Positions 57,260-64,000 of a stretch of DNA of 64,000 bases are shown here, piece after piece. The stretch is taken from contig JAQUQW010000002.1 of assembly GCA_028716245.1 (NCBI GenBank), positions 357,346-421,345 on the forward strand, in the 5' to 3' direction. Made by a program: the position numbers and the translations under genes. The DNA is from Candidatus Omnitrophota bacterium (GTDB lineage: Bacteria; Omnitrophota; Gorgyraeia; Gygaellales; Profunditerraquicolaceae). The notes below the pieces were generated by a model that was not told where the DNA came from, made no database searches, and was given only the letters and a program-made list of their open reading frames with translations. Every line of letters begins with the position of its first letter. Within the stretch, counting starts at the first letter, position 1.

Positions 57260-57958
57260 TTAAATTAACCCCTCATCGCAAAAACTAAAGTAATCTTGGT
57301 TTCCGATAATTATATGGTCAAGGCATTTTAGAAGAAGAATGTTTCCCGCCTGGACTAATGCTTGCGTGAATTCCCTGTCTTCCTGGCTGGGGCTGGGGTT
57401 GCCCGACGGGTGATTGTGAACGCAGATTATAAAGGATGCGAAATGTTGCATCGCCTTTTGGAAGATCTCTCTTATTATAGGTTTTGCCTGGTTTACGGTT
57501 CCTTCCTCGACCTCCAATATATCCATAATCCTGTTTTCTGAATTTAAAAGCACAACTTTGAACACCTCTTTTTTTAAGTCCTGCATTCGCGGCATTAGGA
57601 TTTCAGTTATATCTTCCGAAGATTCTATTTTTGGCCGGTCTTCCTTGATCTCTTCTTCTTTGGATCTTTTTCCTATCTCAATAGCTGCTTTTATCCGGGC
57701 AACTTTCGCATTTCCTAACCCCCGCAATCCTCTCCAGCAATCTAAATCCACCCGGTCTATATTGCGAAAGGCCTTAAATTTCTGCAAAATCATCCTCGCT
57801 AGATCCATGGCGCTTTCTCCTTTTGCCCCTGTTCCTAAAATGATTGCCAGTAATTCGGAATTGCTTAGGGTGTGTTCTCCATTTTTTAGCAATTTTTCTC
57901 TAGGCCTATCCTCCTGCGGCCAATTGTTTATAGGTATGAATTTCCTAACTCGTCCCAT
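57260..57958 (-). CDS. radC: RadC-family JAB/MPN domain protein
   Basis: JAMM motif HNHPSGNPSPSQEDREFT and N-terminal HhH region. Confidence 0.8.
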   Translation of the reverse strand: MGRVRKFIPINNWPQEDRPREKLLKNGEHTLSNSELLAIILGTGAKGESAMDLARMILQKFKAFRNIDRVDLDCWRGLRGLGNAKVARIKAAIEIGKRSKEEEIKEDRPKIESSEDITEILMPRMQDLKKEVFKVVLLNSENRIMDILEVEEGTVNQAKPIIREIFQKAMQHFASFIICVHNHPSGNPSPSQEDREFTQALVQAGNILLLKCLDHIIIGNQDYFSFCDEGLI

Positions 57959-58196
57959 ATCCTAGCCTTTTTTATCCGCCTTCGCAGAAAACCACGGTTA
58001 TGGCCGTGAAGTGTCCCATTTCAATATAGCTTTCTATATATAACAGACGTAGAAAACCCGATTTTCTAACAGTTAAAACCTGCAATATCTTAAGACACCA
58101 AAAAGCGCATCCAGCTTCAGCTTGTTTTTTTCTAATTTTGTGTTAAACTTATATTTATCAGCTTTATCAATATAAGTATGAACAAGTTAGGAGAAA

Positions 58197-61100
58197 ATGA
58201 GCGCTGAAAAGGTCTCGATCCCTAATTATGAAATCGTTCAAAAGCTAGGAGAGGGTCCGCAATCGGTTGTTTACAAGGCCTTCCATAAGAAATTCCCCGA
58301 ACGTCCGCTTGTCCTGAAAGTCCTAAAAGTAGGATTCCTTCCCGAGCATCAGAAACTGCATTTCCGGCAAAAAATCGAGCGGCTTAAGGTTTTAAACGAC
58401 CCGATGCTTATCCGGCCGCTTTCTTTCGAGGTAATTGAAGATACCCAGTTTATCACGCGGGAATATTTTGACGGTATCCCGCTTAACGAATGGGCGGCTC
58501 TCCAGACGAAGATTTCCCTAAAGGATTTTTTTACTATAAGCTGCCTTTTGGCGCAGGCGGTCAATAAAATCTACGAGGGCGGCATTATTTACGGGGGGCT
58601 TAAACCGCATAATATACTGATCCATCCCAAAAGCCTGGATATCCGGCTGGTCGATTTCATCTCTTCAATAGACGTCCGGGAAGTAAGCCATTTTATTTAC
58701 GACCGGGGTTTTGTCGAGGGTACCCTTGCTTATACCTCGCCGGAACAGACCGGGCGGATAAACCACAGGGTGGATTTTTCTTCGGATTTTTACGCGATGG
58801 GCATTATCTTTTATGAATTATTGACGCGCAAGCTTCCTTTTTTCTCGCTGGATCCGCTGGAACTTATCCATTCACACCTGGCGGAAGAGGCTCCGTATGT
58901 CAGCGAGTTAAACCCTGAGATCCCCCAAATGCTCAGCAGGATAGTTGCCAAGCTCATCTTAAAACAGCCGGAGAAACGCTATTTGAGCGCTTCAGGATTG
59001 CTGGCGGACCTGGTCCAATGCCATAATGAATACGCGGCAAAAGGAATTATCGACGAGTTCCCTCTGGGCGTTTACGATTACACGCGCAGGGTCACGTTTG
59101 TTTCTAAGATGGTCGGCCGGGACGATGAGGCCAAAACGATCCTGGATGAGTACGAGCGGTCCACGAAAGGTTTCTTCCGCTCGATGTTTATATCGGGACT
59201 GCCGGGTATCGGCAAGACCCGCCTTATCCAGGAGCTGCAAAAGCCGATAGTTAAAGGCCGCGGTTATTTTACCTCCGGTAAATTCGACCTCTATCAAAAA
59301 AACATCCCGTATAGCGCCCTTATCCAGAGCCTGCGTAATCTTATCAGGACTTTTTTAACGGAAAGCGACGAAAGGGTTGAGCTTTGGAAAGATAAAATCC
59401 TCAAGACGCTGGTAAATAACGGCAGGATCATCACCGACGTCATCCCTGAACTTGAAGTATTAATCGGCCCCCAGCCGGAGATCAAGCCTCTTCCGCCGGT
59501 TGAGGCCAGAAATCGTTTTAACGACCTCTTCGGGAAGTTCTTGGCTTGCCTGGCCAATGAAGAGAACCCGCTTACGATATTTATCGACGATCTGCAGTGG
59601 TGCGATATCGCCACCTTCGATTTTTTAGACACTCTTTTTACTAATTATCGCGACTACAAATGTATCTTTTTCATCGGGGCTTACCGGCATAATGAAGTAA
59701 GTCCCGAACATCCTTTAACCCGCCTGATCCGCGACATCAAAGAACAAAAAAGCCCGCTCAAAGAGACAAGATTAGGGCCCCTGCAGCCTGAGCATTGCCA
59801 TGAGATGGTGGCTTATATACTTGATTCGCCTCTTTCTCAAACCGGGGAGCTGTCCGTTTTTATCGCCGACCTTTCGGAAGGTAATCCCTTGTTTGTGAGC
59901 GAAATACTTTCTTACCTTAATAACGAAAACCTTATGTATTCGGATGAGCACCGGCATTGGCAGTGGGATATCAATAAGATCAGGCAATCAAACATGCCGC
60001 CGACAGTGGTCGCGCTCTTTAGCTCCAAAGTTAAGAAACTTCCCATTACGGCGATAGGATTGCTTGAATACTGCGCCTGCATGGGCAACCGTTTTTCTCC
60101 TACCGAAATCTCAATGGTTAAGGAAATATCTTTACCGGATGTGTTTGAGATCTTAAAGCCTGCTTTGGCTCAGGGGCTTTTGATGGAGAGCAAGGACGAC
60201 CTGCAATTTGTTCATGACCGCGTGCAGGAAGCGGTCTTAAGCGCCATAGACACCCAGAGCCGGCGCCAGATCCATTGGGCCATCGGGACGCATTTGTTAA
60301 GCGGTATGCCTGAAGGCGCGGATCCGGAGAGGGTTGACAGCATGTTCAACATCTTCTCGATGACCGCCCATTTAAACCTCGGCAAGCCGGATAGCTTGGA
60401 AGCTAAGATGGCCTACCGGCTATCGGATATAAACTATCATTCCGGCAACAAGGCTTTGGACGCCTTGGCTACGGAAGCGGCGAATGAATATTTCCGGCTG
60501 GCCAGAGAACTTCTGCCCTCGGACTGCTGGGAAGCGCAATACGAGAAGACCTTTAAGATATATCAGAAATCGGCAAAGACAGAGCTGATGTGCGGCAAAT
60601 ACGATGACTCGGAAAAGCTGCTTAATAAACTGCTTGAAAACGCCAAGACGGATTTGGATAAAGCGGAGTGTCTTGCCGAACAGACTACCTCGCTTTCCTC
60701 GATCGGAAATTTTATTAAAGCCATCGAGACCGCCAACCGCGGGCTTGCTTATTTCAACAAATCCATTCCTGATGATCCCGCGGAAGCAGAGAGAAAAAGA
60801 GAAGAGTTGATGCGGGATATAGAATCCAAGAACATCGATGTCTGGAACATCATCTTGAATATGCCGTTTACCAATGACAGGAAGAGCAAGATAGAATTAG
60901 CTTTTTACAGCGAACTTATTCCCGATCTTTATATGTCGGGGCTTGTGCCGCAGCTTTATCTTTCGGCAGCCCAGTCGACCCAGCATTGCCTGGAAGGCGG
61001 CATGGATGAATCGGTTATCTACTCTTTTTCCATAATGGGCCTTTGCCTGGGAGAGAAGGGTGAATTTGAAAAAGCGTTTAAATATGAGGACCTGGCGCGC

Positions 61101-63404
61101 GATCTAAGCGAAAAATACCCGAATACCTTCGGCGCTACGCGGGGTATGAACGGGATCGTCTGGTGTAACGCGCATTCGCGAAGTTATCCCGAAGAGATAG
61201 TTGATTATTGCCTGAAGTCCATACAGTGCGGTAAAAATTCCGGGGATCTTTACAACGCGGGGCTCTCTTACGGGCCGCTGATGTGGAACCTCCAGGTGCA
61301 AGGAAATGATTTCAGAAGGACAGAGGAATACGCCCGCGAGTGCCTGGAGTTCTCCAAGAAATACCACCTTTATTTTTCTGTCCGCCTGGCTGAAGCGATG
61401 CAGGCCGGATGGATAGAGCCGATGAAGAAGGGTTATACGCCCATTGAGATGGAGGAGAAGCTCAAGCTTTGGGAGAAGGATAATCACGTTGCCGCTTCCG
61501 GCAGTTATTATGTGCATATGGGCCTGATGCATTATTATTTCGGGGAATATGAAAAAGCCGAAGAGTATTTGCAGGGAGTAAAAAAATACCTTACCGGCTT
61601 GACCGATAATGTTCTAAAGCGGCAGTGGCATATCTTTTTAGTTTTGAACGCCCTTAGTCTTTACGAAAAAGGGATTGGATATAAGAATAGAGAAGAGCTG
61701 CGTTTGTATATTGAGCCGTTAATAAAAGAGATCCAGTCCTGGGCCGGCCTGGGGCCGTTATTGAAACCGTATCTGGCGTTTTTATATGCCGAGCTTGAAA
61801 GGGTTACCGGGGATTTAAAACAGGCCCATGTTTTGTATATCAAGGCCATCGACCTTGCGTATCAATCCCGGTATACTTTTTTACAAGCTCACATAAATGA
61901 ATGTCTGGGGGAACTGATTGAAAAAGTGCCCCTGGCCGTTAAAAATAATCGAAATAAGGGCAGCCCGGGGAGCGCGGCTGCGGTGACATTTTTTAAGGAA
62001 GCGGCGCGGTTGTATAAAAAATGCAGTGCCCAGCGGAAGGAATCATTTTTGATTGAGAACCGCCCGGAATATTTCGAGGAAGAAGCGCCTGTTTACGGGG
62101 TTGGTTTTTCCGCTCCGGCCTTGACGCTGCCGAATATCGATATAAATTATCTTATCAAATCCTGCCTGATTATTCCGGCGGAGACGGAAGAAAAAATTTT
62201 GTTGGATAAGATCATGAACGTGGTTCTGGAGAGCTCCGGCGCCCAGCACGGCTATTTGATCATGGAAGAAGGCGGCGAACTGATAATCCGCGCCGAAAGC
62301 CACATTACCGAGAAAAATATTGTCCGGGCTACCAACCAGAAATTTGAGGATTGTAAAGATATCTGCCATGCGATTATCCGCTACGTCCATCGCACCAAGG
62401 AGATGGTCCTTCTTGAAAACGCCTCGGAAAAAGGGGAATTCAAGGATAATCCCGAAGTCCAGGAGATGAAGCTTAAATCCGTGCTTTGCCTTCCGGTAAT
62501 CAAACAGAACAAACTGGTCGGCATCCTTTATTTGGAAAACCGTCTTTCCGATTCGGTCTTTACCGCGGATAGGGCCAATATAACCAATTTGTTTACCTAC
62601 GAGGCGGCTGTTTCCCTGGAGAACGCTAAATTGCTGGAAAAGATGAAACAAGCTGAAGCCGCCCTGCACAAGCATCAGGAGCATCTGGAAGAGATGGTCC
62701 AGGAGAGGACAAGCCAGCTGCGCAAGACGCAGGAGGACCTGCTTATCGCCGAGCGGCTGGCGGTATTGGGGCAGTTGGCCGGGAGCGTCTCGCATGAGAT
62801 CCGCAACCCGTTAAATGTTATCAGCAGCTCCGCTTATTATATTAAAATGAAACTCGGAAGCATGGATAAGAAACTCAAAGAGCATATCGAGCGGATTGAA
62901 TCTGAAGTCAAAAATTCAACCGCGATCATCGATAGCCTCTTAAGCCTCTCCGGGATGAAGGAGCCGAATAAAACACGCCTTAACCTTATTGCCGTTTTTA
63001 ATGAAGCCGTGAGTACTTCGCGGATTCCCCAGACGGTAAAGATAGTCAAAGAGATGCCCGATAATGAGATTTTTACGGAAGCGGACAAGGAGCAGTTAAG
63101 TATGGTATTTCATAATGTTATCAAAAATGCCGTGGAAGCAATGAACGATGAAGGCGTATTGACTTTAAAGGCAGCTAAGCAGGCCGACGGGAAAGTGAAG
63201 GTATCGTTTATGGATACGGGCGCGGGTATTGCGCCGGAGAATATGGGTAAATTATTTAAACCCCTGTTTACCACCAAGGCGCGCGGCATCGGGTTTGGCC
63301 TGGCTATTTGCAAGATGATCGTAAATAAACATAAAGGCGTTATCGATATAACGTCCCAGGAAGGCGCAGGGACAACTGTTACTATGACCCTTCCTACAAG
63401 TTAA
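58197..63404 (+). CDS. multidomain sensor: Ser/Thr-kinase-like (pseudokinase) – AAA/STAND ATPase – TPR-like region – GAF – HisKA – HATPase_c
   Basis: Kinase subdomains LGEGPQSVVYKA, VLKVLK, YTSPEQ, but HRD is YGG and DFG is DFI; P-loop GLPGIGKT; H-box VSHEIRNPL; N/G boxes HNVIKNAVEAM, DTGAGI, GIGFGLAI. Confidence 0.8.
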   Translation: MSAEKVSIPNYEIVQKLGEGPQSVVYKAFHKKFPERPLVLKVLKVGFLPEHQKLHFRQKIERLKVLNDPMLIRPLSFEVIEDTQFITREYFDGIPLNEWAALQTKISLKDFFTISCLLAQAVNKIYEGGIIYGGLKPHNILIHPKSLDIRLVDFISSIDVREVSHFIYDRGFVEGTLAYTSPEQTGRINHRVDFSSDFYAMGIIFYELLTRKLPFFSLDPLELIHSHLAEEAPYVSELNPEIPQMLSRIVAKLILKQPEKRYLSASGLLADLVQCHNEYAAKGIIDEFPLGVYDYTRRVTFVSKMVGRDDEAKTILDEYERSTKGFFRSMFISGLPGIGKTRLIQELQKPIVKGRGYFTSGKFDLYQKNIPYSALIQSLRNLIRTFLTESDERVELWKDKILKTLVNNGRIITDVIPELEVLIGPQPEIKPLPPVEARNRFNDLFGKFLACLANEENPLTIFIDDLQWCDIATFDFLDTLFTNYRDYKCIFFIGAYRHNEVSPEHPLTRLIRDIKEQKSPLKETRLGPLQPEHCHEMVAYILDSPLSQTGELSVFIADLSEGNPLFVSEILSYLNNENLMYSDEHRHWQWDINKIRQSNMPPTVVALFSSKVKKLPITAIGLLEYCACMGNRFSPTEISMVKEISLPDVFEILKPALAQGLLMESKDDLQFVHDRVQEAVLSAIDTQSRRQIHWAIGTHLLSGMPEGADPERVDSMFNIFSMTAHLNLGKPDSLEAKMAYRLSDINYHSGNKALDALATEAANEYFRLARELLPSDCWEAQYEKTFKIYQKSAKTELMCGKYDDSEKLLNKLLENAKTDLDKAECLAEQTTSLSSIGNFIKAIETANRGLAYFNKSIPDDPAEAERKREELMRDIESKNIDVWNIILNMPFTNDRKSKIELAFYSELIPDLYMSGLVPQLYLSAAQSTQHCLEGGMDESVIYSFSIMGLCLGEKGEFEKAFKYEDLARDLSEKYPNTFGATRGMNGIVWCNAHSRSYPEEIVDYCLKSIQCGKNSGDLYNAGLSYGPLMWNLQVQGNDFRRTEEYARECLEFSKKYHLYFSVRLAEAMQAGWIEPMKKGYTPIEMEEKLKLWEKDNHVAASGSYYVHMGLMHYYFGEYEKAEEYLQGVKKYLTGLTDNVLKRQWHIFLVLNALSLYEKGIGYKNREELRLYIEPLIKEIQSWAGLGPLLKPYLAFLYAELERVTGDLKQAHVLYIKAIDLAYQSRYTFLQAHINECLGELIEKVPLAVKNNRNKGSPGSAAAVTFFKEAARLYKKCSAQRKESFLIENRPEYFEEEAPVYGVGFSAPALTLPNIDINYLIKSCLIIPAETEEKILLDKIMNVVLESSGAQHGYLIMEEGGELIIRAESHITEKNIVRATNQKFEDCKDICHAIIRYVHRTKEMVLLENASEKGEFKDNPEVQEMKLKSVLCLPVIKQNKLVGILYLENRLSDSVFTADRANITNLFTYEAAVSLENAKLLEKMKQAEAALHKHQEHLEEMVQERTSQLRKTQEDLLIAERLAVLGQLAGSVSHEIRNPLNVISSSAYYIKMKLGSMDKKLKEHIERIESEVKNSTAIIDSLLSLSGMKEPNKTRLNLIAVFNEAVSTSRIPQTVKIVKEMPDNEIFTEADKEQLSMVFHNVIKNAVEAMNDEGVLTLKAAKQADGKVKVSFMDTGAGIAPENMGKLFKPLFTTKARGIGFGLAICKMIVNKHKGVIDITSQEGAGTTVTMTLPTS

Positions 63405-63424
63405 GATTAAAGGAGTATAATGTT

Positions 63425-63805
63425 ATGAAATCAAAGGCGAGAATACTCATCGTGGATGATAATAAGCTTCTATGCAAGAATTTGAAAGATATCCTGGAGC
63501 TGAAGGGTTACGACATTGCTTGTGCTTATGACGGCCAGGAGGCGATCAAAGCTGTTAAAGATGGTAATTTTAAGATTGCTCTGATGGATGTCAAGATGCC
63601 CGGAATGAGCGGTATCGATGCCTTAAAGAGCCTAAGACAGATTGCCCCCGGGCTAACCGTCATTTTTATAACTGCTTTCACCGACGATATCTTTTATAAA
63701 GAAGGATTAAAGAGCGGGGATTTTGAGGTCATCACCAAACCCATCGATATTGATAAATTCCTTGGGCGGCTGGAAGAGGTTGTTAAAAAAAGTCCGGCAA
63801 GTTGA
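63425..63805 (+). CDS. stand-alone response-regulator receiver domain protein
   Basis: ILIVDDN ... ALMDVKMPGMSG ... TAF..D; 21 nt after the kinase gene. Confidence 0.75.
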   Translation: MKSKARILIVDDNKLLCKNLKDILELKGYDIACAYDGQEAIKAVKDGNFKIALMDVKMPGMSGIDALKSLRQIAPGLTVIFITAFTDDIFYKEGLKSGDFEVITKPIDIDKFLGRLEEVVKKSPAS

Positions 63806-63826
63806 TCAATAAGTTGAGGTAGGAGA

Positions 63827-64000
63827 TGCTGACGGAGTTTTTAATAAAAAACTTAGACATTGTCTTTTTTGTTTACGGGTTGGCTTTTTTTGCCATGGGG
63901 ACAGCGATTTTTCTGCAGCCGCGCCATAAGAGTGCCTTTAAACTGGCCGGTATAATCTGGATATTGGGGGCTTTTGGGTTAATCCACGGCATAAATGAAT
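63827..64000 (+). CDS. 5' fragment of a membrane protein gene (runs off window)
   Basis: ATG at 63827 with open frame to window end; hydrophobic N-terminus MLTEFLIKNLDIVFFVYGLAFFAMG. Confidence 0.3.

Noticed and set aside
62043-62795. 250-aa minus-strand ORF, and the 142-aa ORF at 61104-61532, inside the 1735-aa kinase gene
   Set aside because: Both are antisense to a very long, well-supported CDS. The translation (…RQPLGDKQVLLRLAQLACPLLDHLFQ…) is the leucine/arginine-rich mirror typical of antisense frames of GC-richer genes. I see no start context.
1-64000. CRISPR arrays, rRNA genes, transposases/IS elements
   Set aside because: I scanned for short direct repeats with regular spacers, rRNA-like conserved blocks and DDE/IS motifs. 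None were found, and the only recombinase is the serine recombinase at 21779-23248.

Overview
This 64-kb window comes from an uncultivated-looking bacterium with moderate to low GC and mostly co-directional operons. I found no rRNA genes or CRISPR arrays.

The core housekeeping content is:
- mtnA, thiL, tsaE, tsaB, alr, lptF/G permeases, comF, pyrE, maf, a GH-A glycosidase, smpB plus tmRNA, an amiC-like amidase, murI, queDCEF, class I fumarate hydratase, rph and rdgB;
- five tRNAs: Leu-CAG, Pro-TGG, Arg-TCT, His-GTG, plus the tmRNA.

The most striking structure is a roughly 12.5-kb island inserted at the 3' end of tRNA-His (about 21823-34276). It is built from two adjacent modules, each bracketed by long perfect inverted repeats whose outermost 6 nt are the tRNA-His terminal ACCCCA:
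- Module 1 has 134-bp inverted repeats around a large serine recombinase gene.
- Module 2 has roughly 460-bp inverted repeats around a visibly AT-rich defence cassette, not measured quantitatively.
- The cassette carries an XRE/C-like regulator, two amino-methyltransferases, a PLD-family (BfiI-like) nuclease, an OLD-family ATPase-Toprim nuclease and a tightly linked SbcD/SbcC-like pair.

Downstream are metal and efflux genes (ACR3, ChrA-like, CuA-cupredoxin, MarR-TolC-RND), a TPM-LemA pair, and a six-gene group-4-hydrogenase-like (Ehr/Hyf-like) membrane complex whose large subunit lacks canonical NiFe cysteine motifs. An ArsR/Cys-rich/DGC/methyltransferase cluster and radC follow. The window ends with a 1735-aa pseudokinase-AAA-TPR-GAF-histidine-kinase protein and a receiver.

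All calls rest on motif recognition by eye. I ran no searches.
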